Part shown: piece after piece, positions 11,991 to 24,254 of the stretch
Layout: every line of letters starts with the position of its first letter
Position numbering within the stretch: position 1 is the first letter of the stretch
Source of the DNA: Eledone cirrhosa
Taxonomy: Eukaryota
Length of the DNA: 64,000 nt
Assembly (NCBI GenBank): GCA_964016885.1
Contig: OZ024740.1
Span: forward strand, 315,828,001-315,892,000
Reading direction: 5' to 3'
Program-made: the position numbers and the translations under genes
The notes under the pieces: model-generated
Told to the model about the DNA's origin: nothing
Seen by the model: the letters and a program-made list of their open reading frames with translations, nothing else
Database searches by the model: none

Positions 11991-14009
11991 GCAACATGTC
12001 GTGGAGGTGGCCTCATGATATTCCTGTTCTTTTAATCTTTTATTTGTTTTTAGTCTCCTTAGGAGTTATTACGTTAGCTTTTATTGCTGTCAATGTTTTT
12101 AAGTAGGTTGTTGTTTTAAGTGATTAAAGTTATACCAATATTAACAGACCATAAGCACAGAAACCTGCATTGGTTCTATGATATAAAACTTTATTTTGAA
12201 GTGTTAATATTTCTCAAAAAAACAAAAAAAAACAACTTGCATCATCATTTTATATAACATTAAAGTTATGTTCCAAACACCAACACTATTGAGAAAGTTA
12301 GTTATATTACTTTAAAGTTCTTGATTATTATTTTTAATTATTTGAAAATTATAGACAGGAATATGGTAATGATAAGATTAAGCATCTGAGTGGGATTCTC
12401 AAGATAAATATATAATTTTTCAGTTGGTCGAGCAGTCTTTGGTTTTGTAGCATGCCATGTTGTAGTCAAAGCTTGTTTTGTTTTGTTTGTTGCCCAACTT
12501 GAATAAAAACAATGTAGATAATGACTACAGTAGAAGCAAATTTGACTTTGTTAATATATGACAGCCATTAGAATGTCAGATAGGATGCTTTGCAGAATTC
12601 GTTTTGGCTATCCACTCTCTGAGTTCAAATCCTGCCACGGTCAACTTTGCTTTTCATCAATTTGAGGTTGATAAAAAGTACCAGTCTAGTACTGTGGCCG
12701 ATTCATCCGCTATATATCTTTCTCACTTCTATTCTTCTCTGGAAGAAATCAGCTATATTCAGATCTGGAGAGGAGATGGGAACTGCCAGGTTTAAAAATA
12801 TTCTAAGAGTTATGGGACAAAGGTAAAAAGGTAATATATAACAGATTTCATTTCATTGAGTTTATCAATTCAGACTGTAGCTGTATTCATGTTTTACGGT
12901 TATTCAAAGTCAGTTAGCTTTGTTTGTTTTTCAGATCTTTCTCCATTTAGTAAGTAAAGTTAAGTGTTATGCCTTCTTCGTCATAATTATTAGGGATAAT
13001 CCCAATTTTCAAAAAGGGAGACAAGAGAGATTGTTCCAATTACAGAGGATCCTCTTGTTAAGTCAAAGCGATGCAGGGAGATTGTTGAGTCCAAGCTAGC
13101 TGATGAACAGTGCAGTTTTCATGCTGGATGCAGCACAGCTGACCAAATATTCACACCATGGCAGCTCTTTGAGAAATTGTCAAGAGGTGTGTGATGAACC
13201 ACTAGGCTTGAGGCAAGCATTTGGATCAAGCCTCACATTTAAAGATAACCTCTTGTTTCTTCTTCTCACCTCACCAGTGTCAGAGAACATAGATAAGGCT
13301 ATGGATACTGTCCTTCCTCCTTCAAGCCAATGAAAAAAAATCTATTCCAAACTGATGAAACAATTTCATCTACTTCGACATATTTCTTTGATGAGAGTTG
13401 TTATATTGTTTGTTTTGAATAACTCATTTGGTCGTTCTAGTAAGATTATGAATATTCTGTAAATACCTCTTCCTTTGGACACTTTATCCATTTTGGGGTA
13501 CAAACATATCTTCATTATCAATGTTTGTTATACTATTGTTTTAACCCTTTTAATACCAAACTGCACCCGATTCTGTGATAAAATATTGTTTGTTTTAAAG
13601 TGTTAATATTTAAATTGAAGCCTTCCATCATAATTTTATGTAAGAATATTTTCTTAAATTGTGTATCAAACACCAATTTAATAACAAGTTCTACTTCATC
13701 CACTTATTCCTGAAAGGGTCATGGGGGTAGAGTCCTCAAACACTTCTTCCAGCCAGTCCTGTCAGAATCAACCATCTCCAATTAATCTGGCTGGATCCCC
13801 AAGCGAGATCAACTGAGCTCATGGATGGAAGTTATTTTACTAAATCCCACAAATTCTTAATTATTTCAAAATTAACTGAAACACACTGGCAGTGCCGTTC
13901 ACTAGAAATATGGGAATGAAAGAGTTAAGAGGGCTTAAATTTTAGCAGATACTCAGTAAAAGCAAGAAACTTAAGTTACAACAGATCTTTCATGCATTTT
14001 GTCAACTAA

Positions 14010-14206
14010 CTGTTTAGCATTTACATTATTCTATATTTACCATTATATCTTCACGGTAAAGGCTTTGCCTCACATAATATTGAATCAATGAGATTTTGAT
14101 ATTACTTATTTTGAGAACAATACCTTAACATCAGTACGAGAGGCCGGTTTGAACAGAAAGTGGTGAGAGAATCTGGTTGGATATGGCAGGCTTAAATGCT
14201 AAAGGG
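14010..14206. mobile_element. piggyBac-type MITE
   Basis: Right end aaatgctaaaggg|ttaa; internal similarity to 61717-61911. Confidence 0.65.
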
Positions 14207-14551
14207 TTAAACAGTTGTTTACATTGACAAACAAAGAATCAAAGTTAATATCTTTTATTTCAATATCTTTCATGGTTTGAACTTTAAAAAAGCCAAACAG
14301 AATATTAGAATAAAAGAAGTAATATATTTTGTTTTAATTCAGAAATAATCTTTTAAAAAATGACAACATTTTGAAATAGGTTTCTCTACAAGTGAGATAC
14401 AATATAGCTGAGAAATAAAAATATTAAAAAATGATCAATTTTAATGAAGGCAGTGTTGTGTGAGCAAACATGTGAATAACTATTTATAAACAATAAATCA
14501 ATCAACACGAGTCAAAATCAAACAATAGTTATATAATATACAAGACATTAA

Positions 14552-14728
14552 CTCTTTAACATTTACATTACTCTATATTTATTGTATTTTCATGGTAAAG
14601 GATCTATCTCATAATCTATGAGATTTCGATATTATTTATTTTGAGAACAATACCTTAACAAGTATGAGCGGCCAGCCGGTTTGAACAAAAAGAAGTGAGA
14701 GGATACAACCAGTTTAAATGCTAAAGGG
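14552..14728. mobile_element. piggyBac-type MITE
   Basis: ttaa|ctctttaacattta ... taaatgctaaaggg|ttaa. Confidence 0.7.
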
Positions 14729-15164
14729 TTAACTTTGTGGCAAATAGTAAAACAATGAAAAATAATTTAACTAAAAATAAAAATAGTTATAAAAACTTGA
14801 AAATATTTGTTTAGTTTGAATCTGATTTCTTTTCATGACACAAATATAGCTACAAATTTTTACAAGATTAGATTGACCCATTATATCACATTATTTTATA
14901 GATTCTAGAAGGATAAAAAGCAAAGTTGAGGCTGGTAGAATTTAACACCCATAATATGAAGGGAGAAAACTAAATACTGTAAATTATTTAGTATAGTACT
15001 GCCAACTTGCTGCCCTTCTCAGTTTGACAATATTTATAATTAATAAAAGATAATACTAAACTATATTTGATAGAAGATTGGAACAATGTATCAACAATCA
15101 TACTGAAAAGAATTAAAGAATTTTGCTCATCAGAAAAAACAGCGAAAATGTCAATATAAATAAT

Positions 15165-15380
15165 TCTAACATTGGCAAAAGGCCAGCAATTTGGGAGGAA
15201 GGGGAAAGTGGATTATATCACCCCCTCCCTGGACTTAACTGGTACTTTATTTTATCGATCCTGGGAGGATGAATGGCAAAGTTGGCTTGGGTGGGATTTG
15301 AACTCAGAATGTAGAAAGTCATAACTAAATCCACAAAGCATTTTGTTTAACATTCTAACAATCCCACCAATCCACTGCCT
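15165..15380 (-). mobile_element. tRNA-derived SINE
   Basis: Plus strand shows gggatttgaactcag (reverse B-box) and the reverse core ctggtactttattttatcga. Confidence 0.75.
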
Positions 15381-17775
15381 TATATATAAATATAAATATT
15401 TGAGATATTAAGAAAAATAGAATAACTATATGAAAGATAAGTGAGATCTCCAACTAAATATTGCAAATAGTGCCATAGGCATGAACAACAGAACATCTTT
15501 AGAAATGTCATCTAGTCATTCATTTTAATTAATGTATAACTGAAGTATGAAATATCAATGTCTGGGAGATAGTGAATGTTTGTAACTGAATCTAATTTAA
15601 GAAGTAGATTCCACTACATGACATTGTATACACCATCTGCCATTGAGAGGTGTAATGTATTGCAGAAAGAGAAGTATGGCAAGCTTATGCCAATTTCAAA
15701 ACAACAACCTTCTACCTTGGATAAGACAGATTAAGAAACCAGTCTATTGAAAGTTAAGAATTCAGCACTGTAAAATAGTGAAACTTATCAGTGACTCAAC
15801 CAATCTGAATACTTATTGATGAACTCTCTGTCTACTTTGTTAGCTATTAACAGTTTAGGTGAACATGGCATTAGAGAGTTAAGGGTTTTGGCAAAGGATA
15901 CAGCACAGTGGCAGTGAGTAGATAGGAAACATTACCCTTTCTGTTGACATTATAATTACTCAGTTTAATAATTAAATGGTGTTTTGTCACTGAATAGTAT
16001 TTTTTAAATTGCTACAGAGGCCAATTGCCTGTTTATAGCAAAAAAAACAAAAAAAACAGAACAGTTTTAATTTTTTGTTAGTGTAGAAAACATAACGAAA
16101 TTTCTGAGAGAAGGTTTAAGTTATGGATTATCTTACTGACTCAGTGTATGATAAATTTGATCAAGCAATTAATTGATCATTAGTTCAAATATAAAATCTT
16201 CAATTTTGTCTTTTGCCATAACACTTAGTAATAAATGTTTCACTACTTCTAGTAGTGTGAAATTGTTAAGTTTTCTGAGAGTATCCTATCCAAGGAAGAT
16301 TTATCTCATCTGCTTAATGCTACTAAATTCAGAGTTACATACCAGCTTTATGTACACCTATGGCTTGTGGACATAATTAGTACATTTTCTCTTATAAATA
16401 AACATAGATGTTACAGATGAGTAAACTGTCAAATTGACAGTTTTTAACAATCTAAAGTTTTTTATGAAAATAAAATCTCTAGATAAATTGAAAATCTTTA
16501 TATCAACATATTCTATAGCACTGGTACAATGGTATAACTTAACAGGCAATGATAACCACACACGCACAGGGTTGAAGGTTGAATAATAAATTATTAGTTT
16601 TTCAATAAAATACTGAAAATAAATTTTTATTGATTTTAAATACTATATATATTCTGTCTTTATCATTAAAAATACTCTGGAAAATATTTATATACAATTA
16701 AATTATTACATCAATTTACAATAAGTGAAACCAAGTGGAAAATGTGTAAATGACTGAAAAATAATGGTAGAAAGTGGGAAAAATATGATAGTCTGCCTTA
16801 ATGTTACAGATTTTCAGGAATATTAGAAGTAGGCAGTGAGAAGTTCTTAGTGAAAGTAGTAATGGAATTGACTGGCAGCTTACTTGGTATAAATTGAAAA
16901 ATATAAATTATATAAATTGAATAAATTACATTTGAGGATATGATACATATAACAGTCAACAGATAAAGGCAACTGGTAAAATGACAAAAGGAAAATGGGT
17001 AGAAGCATACCTTAGAAGATATAAACTGTTGCAAGTCAACAACTGCAGGAAAGACATGCAAGGAGGGAGGGAGGGAGGGAATTGAAGAAGGCCATTGTAT
17101 TGGGAAGAAAGGACTGGGTATAGTGGTTGTATTAATTAATGCATGGTCTGAAGGAGGAACACAATATGGGTGATGAGAGGAAGAAAAACAAGTGCGTTGA
17201 GGCACATAAAAAAATATGCTAGTTACAAAACCAGCAAAATTCCAACCTGGGAGAGGTTTTATTTTATATAAATTATTAAAAAAATGAATCTAAAGAAGTG
17301 TCAATGGTTGAGCTCTTTTCTATCTGCCAGAAATACCATTGACAACAGACTATGGAATGTGTCAACCATAAACAGACAAAGTTACACAAATCAGAAATAA
17401 GTAAAGCAGTAATAAAAACACTAAAACTTCATTCTGCTTGGAAACAGAAAAAAGTATGATGAACACAGTGTGGATAATAAAAAAAAAAAAACATATCAGG
17501 AGAATTGTTAAAGTTATGTTGTAAGGAAGACAATATTCTACCTTGAACATATATTTAGTTCTTAAGGTATCAAGATCAGCTTGAAAAACAGACTTCAACC
17601 CCAAGTTAAAGTAAAACAAGGTAGAATAAAGATTTTTCATCTGGATCAGGAAAGTAATTCCACTGAATGTTTCATAAAGAGTTACTTGATAAATCACTTT
17701 CTATAATATAACATAAGTAGAGATATTTTCCACTTTATTTTCAGAATGTGAATTGATTAAGATGAAGAATTAATT

Positions 17776-17991
17776 TCAGGTTTCATTAGATTTAGATGTT
17801 TCATTAGATTTAGATGTTTCAACATCGGTAGAGCTTTGGCTTTCTTTACTTCGAGTAAATTTTTTCAAAGTAACATCACAACGAGTTCCATGTTGTAGGT
17901 AATCTTGGTAACATTTAAGAAGCATCCGGCAGTGCTGCTCATCATCTTTGTTATTGTAGTCAGGGTACATCTCTTTCAAACGTTTCCGTGC
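17776..17991 (-). CDS. DUSP22: DUSP22/DUSP15-like phosphatase, last coding exon (ARKRLKEMYPDY...SNET*)
   Basis: Acceptor ttttttaag|GCA. Phase 0 matches the previous exon. Stop TGA at 17778-17776. Confidence 0.8.
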   Translation of the reverse strand, partial: ARKRLKEMYPDYNNKDDEQHCRMLLKCYQDYLQHGTRCDVTLKKFTRSKESQSSTDVETSKSNETSKSNET

Positions 17992-19639
17992 CTTAAAAAA
18001 TAAACAGGAAAAAAGATAGCAATAAAGTTTGGGAATTTATATTAAGTGTTGTTTAACTAAGAGGTAAAATAATGGAAATTATTACAAGGATGTTCTTTAA
18101 ATAAATACCACAGGCAACTGTGGTAAACTAAATAGTGAGTGTGTGCCTGTGAAATATATACATATACACCAGGTCCGAACACAAAAGAACGAAACTCCCA
18201 CTGTCACTCCCCTCGTCTCTCCCGCTCTCCCTAAGATCTGCAAAAAAGATTTTCTACTTGATTATATATTTCTATATTACCAATCATATATTTTAAAATT
18301 AAAATAGTAGAAAATAAAATATCAAAAATATTGTTATTACCCTTTTTCAGATAATCATTTTAACACATTCTTCTTGGTGACAGACTAGAAGCTACAGAAT
18401 TTGGCAATCAAAATCGTATCATCATCATCATCGTTTATTAAGTCCATTTGTCCATGCTTGCATGGGTTGGACAGGTCCTTTTCAACACAGCATCTCTCCA
18501 CTCACTGCATTACTTCGTTGCCTTCTCTGTGAGTTTCAGCTGTTTGGTGACAATATAGGATTGGAGAGGACTCTTCTGTCTAGCCTAGAATGTAACAACC
18601 TCTAGTGTTGGTGCCACAATTAAATGCACCCAGTACACCCTGTAAATATCCAGTACACCTTTTAAATACCCAGTACATGCTGTATATACCCAGTACACCC
18701 TGTAAATACCCAGTATGCCCTGTAAAATCATGCGAAATATGAAACGGAACAATCAAGATTGGTTGCTCCGACTGACGTGGTCTCAGACCATGACAGCTCG
18801 TCAAACCCATGCCAATGTGGAAAGGGGATGCAAAATGATGATATTCTTTGCTGGCTTATATTTACTCAGTATCTCTTTACCACTTCCCCTCTCCCACTCT
18901 CTTTTCTTCTCTGGAAGTAATTGGCTACGTTTAGATCTAGAAAAGGATGGTCATTCCATGAGAGTATCTTGGTCAGCCTATGAACTTTTCAGCTGATCCT
19001 CATACATGTAACATTTACAATAGAGACAGTAGCAAATCTTATATATATATATCAAATATACTTTTAATCACACACACACACACACACACACATGGAATAG
19101 TTTGAAATATAACTGATGTAGCAGACTCCTTGTAGACACAAGAGGAGACACATGAGAGGAATAGGTTGTTGGAGTGTAATGGATGATAAATATTCTTGTT
19201 TAGCCACAAGTCATCCTTCTTTGAGCAGACCTATGATGAATAGCATTCTAACCATTACTGTCTAATCTGGAGGGGAGAGGAGGTCAGGCAGTGTATCTAG
19301 GATTACATTATCTAATATGTCAGTTTTTGTAAGATTGTAGAAAATAATTTCAGGGCAATTTTGCTGCTATTTCTAGCAAACTAAATGACTGAGTAGAGCA
19401 GGCATGGGCAACATAGGATGTGGCTCATCATAAAGCCGGCCGCACAACTAAGAAATTCAAGGCAATTTTGAAATTAGGCATGCCATTCAGAATGCCAAAG
19501 GGGCAAAATGTTGCTCGCAGGCTGCAGGTAGCCCATGACTGGCATAGAGGCTTCTTTGAAGGCTTGTGGTTAAGATGATGATGATGATATGATAAACCAG
19601 CGAGGTACTTCCTTTTCACCATAAAATAAATTTACTTAC

Positions 19640-19811
19640 ATCTTCCAACCCATTCTCTTCATATTCTCTCAGCTGCTTTTGGAAACCAAAGTTTGGATTG
19701 GCACAGGTCCGTGCCGCTCTTACAGCGTACATAGATTCCCTCCAGCTCAGGTTTGTTATGGTCATTATATAGGCTATTGTGAGTGCTACACTTCGAGATA
19801 CTCCTGACAAA
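19640..19811 (-). CDS. DUSP22: DUSP22/15-like exon 4, catalytic loop (C)LSGVSRS...ANPNFGFQKQL
   Basis: Boundaries ttccag|T and GAT|gtaagt. It completes the HCLSGVSRS signature with exon 3 (codon split TG/T); 172 nt keeps the frame. Confidence 0.92.
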
Positions 19812-19911
19812 CTGGAATTAAGATTGACCAATCAAGTAGACAGATCTGGCTAAATTGCATCCAAAATGAAATAACAAGCATTTAAAAAAATAACTTTAAA
19901 GAAAAAGATTA

Positions 19912-20101
19912 CCGTATGTACTCGAATATATGCCAACTCTGCTATTTTATGTCTGAGAAATGGACAAAAATCCAAACTTTATTTATGTAGAATTTGAAGT
20001 TGGTGAAAATCATCAAAATATTAACCCCAAATATAAGCTGACCGCCCCACTTCTACCATCAATCTTTTGGTCACATACTTGGCTTATATTCGAGTATATT
20101 T

Positions 20102-20103
<2 letters not shown>
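19912..20103. mobile_element. Tc1/mariner(pogo)-type MITE
   Basis: ta|ccgtatgtactcgaatata ... tatattcgagtatatttgg|ta; imperfect TIRs with TA flanks. Confidence 0.65.
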
Positions 20104-20139
<36 letters not shown>

Positions 20140-20795
20140 AAAAGAGCTTATAGAAAAAAAGGAAGGAATTCTTGAAGGCTGCTGCTCTGAAGACAAATGA
20201 CTGAGCAAAGTATTTTGAATATGGTCTCGTAGGGATGTCAAGAGTGAGACCAGTGCAATAGGTAAGCAGGAGCAGAGGTGGTATGTAGCTTGCTTGTTTA
20301 AAGGATCAGAGGCCATTTAATAGTGTGTATGTCTCCGTTTCAAGAAATATAAATATCATTACAGTGTTGTAGCAAATATATGAACAATACACAGCTAGAG
20401 CTGTGAAATCTTGCATGTATTGATTTCCACTGTTCTTATTAATAACTACATTTTTTCCAGCTGACCTGCATATTTGTGTGTGTGTGTGTATGTACACAAG
20501 GGTGAGCTGAAACATTCATAGGCTGACTATGAAGGAGTGATGCTAGAGCTGTGAAATCTTTTATGCATTAATTTCAACTCTTCTTATTAATCAGTGCAAT
20601 TGTTTCTTTCCATGGACTATGTTGAAAAATAAACCTCATTTGGTCATTCCATAAGAGTATCTTTTTCAGCTGACACTCGTATATAAATAGAATTGTAATC
20701 CTCATTCATTTTATGAGAACATTTTTACAACTGAGAAAAAGAATTTTTTTTCTTTGTGTGCAAAATATGAGTAAATAATTACAATGAACTCTTAC

Positions 20796-20920
20796 CAATG
20801 AATAAGCACGCCACCTCCTTCTTGTCTAGCTTTGTGAATAAAGTCTATACTCTCTTCAAAGTATTGCCCCAAATGCTGCTGGGCATTGTCACTAGCTATG
20901 ATACACAGGTAAATTTTATC
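20796..20920 (-). CDS. DUSP22: DUSP22/15-like exon 3 (DKIYLCIIASDNAQQHLGQYFEESIDFIHKARQEGGGVLIHC)
   Basis: Boundaries cttcag|GAT and TG|gtaag. It carries the general-acid Asp loop and VLIHC. Confidence 0.92.
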
Positions 20921-21036
20921 CTGAAGAAAATAAAACAAAAACAATTGATAAAACAAAGATAAATGGACACCTGACCTGACTTATCTCAAATGGGACAACT
21001 TGACTAACCTATGTTAGCATGGAAAATGGACGTTAA

Positions 21037-21070
<34 letters not shown>

Positions 21071-21414
21071 CATCTACCAGTTTCAATGAGGAATGTTCCA
21101 GTTGTTTGGTCAATGGAATGGCCTATTTGTAAAATTAATGTGTAAGTGGCTGAGTATTCCACAGACCCACATAACCTTAATGTAGTTCTCAGGAAGATTC
21201 AGTGTGACAAGCTTTTGAAAGTGAAACTGGTATAATATTCACTTCCAAAGTGAAAATATTTTAGCACCTCATTTACATAGAATTTTGAAGTTGGTAAAAA
21301 TCGGCAAAATATTGACCTCAAATATAAGTTGCCCCCATTTTACCATTGATGTTTTTGTCACATATTTCTCGGCTTATATACGAGTATATACTGTAATTAT
21401 TGCATTGTGTTATT

Positions 21415-21643
21415 AGTCAAAGTACTCTAGTTAAGTCAGTGTTAACACACATAATCATTGTGCTGTGTCATTAGTTAAAGTAAAATACAGTACTGTAGTT
21501 AAGTCAGTGTTAACATACCCAATGTGGTGTCCTCAGTTAAAGTACAGTACTGTAGTTAAGTCAGTGTTAACATACCCAATGTGGTGTCCTCAGTTAAAAT
21601 ACAGTACTGTAGTTAAGTCAGAGTTAACATACCCAATGTGGTG
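21415..21643. repeat. 57 bp minisatellite, about 4 units (first one degenerate), containing the 12 bp palindrome tacagtactgta
   Basis: Unit starts at 21486, 21543 and 21600. Confidence 0.85.
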
Positions 21644-21734
21644 AACATAAAAAAAGTCCAGTTAGAAATATTTTTGCAATGAAGAAAAGACAACATTAGC
21701 TCAATGAATAATATTATTTTAATCCTTTCCTTGT

Positions 21735-21945
21735 GGGGTTGGCAGGGTCTTCAGAGTGTTAGACAAATGCATAGCAGTATTTATTCCAGCATTTTCCATT
21801 CTGAGTTCAAATCCCACCAAAGTCAACTTTGTCTTTCATACTTCCAGAGTCGATAAAATAAAATACCAGTAAACTACTGGGACCAGTATGATTGACTTTC
21901 CCCTTCCCCTAAATTACTGACCTTGTACTTAAATTAGAAACCAGT
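21735..21945 (+). mobile_element. tRNA-derived SINE
   Basis: B-box gagttcaaatccc plus core. Confidence 0.75.
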
Positions 21946-22469
21946 ATACCTTCTCAGTAAAGAATAGATTTCATCATACTTGCCAAATCAGTGATGAAAG
22001 TATCATTAAGTACTCTTAATCAGCTTACATACTACAAGCCTTTTGGGGCTTAAGCCCCTCCAACCATGTGGAAACTTGTTGAATAATCTTAAAGTTTTGG
22101 TAGTTAAAAAATTATGTCAGTGATGATTTGAAATAATTTGTTTCAATATACTTGTGCTTTGGTCTTTATTACACTGATTTTGTTTATTGACTCTAAATAT
22201 GTTAGTATAATCATGTTTGTAATTTCTTTCTTAGTCTCGTATTGGTGATAATAAAGCATGAGGCGACAATAATAGTTTCTGATATAGGGTAAATTTAATT
22301 GCCTTTCCCTTCCCCCAAAATTGTTGATCTTGTGCCTAAATAATAACACACATATACAGTATACATACTTAAGCCCCCCCCCCCCCCCCCCCCCATCCCA
22401 AAACTGTAATGGAAGATCTGAGTCAGTTATATAAAGGCAAGAAAAAAAGAAAATTGATATCAATCTCAC

Positions 22470-22586
22470 AGGAAGGAGTGGTTTAGCATTGTCATGAACA
22501 GCTAGAATATGAGTAACTCCATTTTCTTTTTGTGCTTTTTCTTCTTTACAATCTTGGAAGTTTCCAACATAAACACCATCAAGAAT
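22470..22586 (-). CDS. DUSP22: DUSP22/15-like exon 2 (ILDGVYVGNFQDCKEEKAQKENGVTHILAVHDNAKPLLP)
   Basis: Boundaries ttttcag|ATT and CCT|gtgag; 117 nt. It has the typical DSP N-terminal motifs (VYVGN, VTHILAVHD). Confidence 0.9.
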
Positions 22587-22654
22587 CTGAAAAGAAACAC
22601 ATCACAAGAACAATAAAATTAACAGAATCTCCATGTTCCAACTAGAAATAACGA

Positions 22655-23245
22655 TCTCTACTTTAGGCAGAAAGTTAGACATTTTGTAGGGAGATGAAAG
22701 TTGATTAAATCACCCCCAATACTTGGCTAATACTATATTTTATTGACCCTGGAAAGATAAAAAACAAAGTTGACCTTGGTGGGATTTGAACTCAGAATGT
22801 AAAGAGCCTGAACAAATGCTGCTACACATTTGTCTTACGTGCTAATGACTGTGCCAATCCACCACTTCCTTCTAATAATTATTATTTCTACTTTTGGCAC
22901 AAGGCCGGCAATTATCCCAGTGCATTACTGGTACTTTATTTTATCGACCCCGTAAGGATGAAAGGCAAAGATAACCTCGGCGGGATTTGAACTCAGAATG
23001 GCAAGGGCCGTAACTATGTGTCAAAGCATGGCGTCCGACCCTCTACCGATACTGCCAATCCACTGCCTTCTAATAATAATGATTTCTTATATAGGCACAA
23101 GGCCAGCAATATTTGGGGGGAGGAGAAAGTTGATTAAATCGACCCCAGTGCGTGACTGGTACTTTATTTTATCGATCCCGTAAGGATGAAAGGCAAAGTT
23201 AACCTCGGCGGGATTTGAACTCAGAATGGCAAGGGCCGTAACTCA
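22655..23245 (-). mobile_element. Three tandem tRNA-derived SINEs
   Basis: Repeated gggatttgaactcagaatg and core at about 22780, 22985 and 23210. Confidence 0.85.
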
Positions 23246-23339
23246 ATGCTGATAGCATTTTTATATCTGAGAAATAAGCAAAAATCCAAACTCTGTTTAT
23301 AAACTCAGATAGCTAGTCAACACATTGTTTAGATAGCAT

Positions 23340-23882
23340 ATCTTCAAGATTGACTCTAAATTTGAGACCTCTACATCTGGAGTGTATCATATCTGGATAA
23401 TCTTATTTCTCTTTTTCATCTGTACCTCAATCTTCTTTGGATGCTATAATCTCAAAATGTGTCCAAGGAGAATTAATCTTTTTGAATGCGCTGTATATAC
23501 TCGAATATAAACCAAGGAATATGTGACCAGAACAATAAATCATGCCACTTAATTGATGTGGGGTTCCATGCACTAGGGCCCAGCCATTGTGTATGATATA
23601 AAATGTTCAATATCTTGTCAAAATCAGAACACTGAATGGCAAAAGCAAGAGTAGATGATAGCTTTTATTCAGACTAAGAAAACAGTCTTTGTATTGCCTG
23701 CATTGCAGACTTTTCTTTCATACAGTGGGCTCACACCAGCAAAGGCCACAGTTGATCAAGGCTTCTAAAGAAGGCAGAGGTACAGAACAAAAGGAGAAAT
23801 CAGATTATCCAGACAAGATACACTCCAGAGGATGTAGAGGTCTCAAATTAGCAGTTGATCACTCTTGAACAATCTTGAAGAT
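23340..23882. repeat. Degenerate foldback/MITE-like element with ~90-100 bp inverted arms
   Basis: 23340-23428 (tcttcaagattg...tttgagacctctacatctggagtgtatc...tctgtacctc) is the reverse complement, with indels, of 23777-23882. Confidence 0.7.
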
Positions 23883-24254
23883 CTGGATGGGAAATGGTCA
23901 CAAATTTTGAATTAAGTGAAACTGGTTGCTGAAGAAGGTAAAATTGGGCCTCATCTACCCCAAAAGAGAAAGTTAAAAAGAAAGAACAAGACATATTTTC
24001 TTCAAGGACAATGATAGAGAAGACAATGACTAAGAAAATCTCTTTATAATGGCTTTGATAAGTCTGAATCTGATTTCAAACAGAATATCTTCTTCGTTGT
24101 TGGAGTGTCTAAGTGGTTTAACATTACAAGAAGTGTAACTAGAGTATGGCAAGCATGGCATGTGCCATGGGCACCACTTGGACTAGGACTTTCTTTTAAA
24201 GTCAGAATAGCTATCGTCGGAGAGCGAAAAACGAACCTTCTTCAGATGTATGAT

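Noticed and set aside
13100-13330. CTGATGA at about 13100 as a hammerhead, and the overlapping 76 aa ORF as an exon
   Set aside because: There is no correctly placed GAAA with stems, and no recognisable protein motif. Similar isolated CTGANGA hits at about 29643, 35644 and 47244 also lack stem II or stem I pairing.
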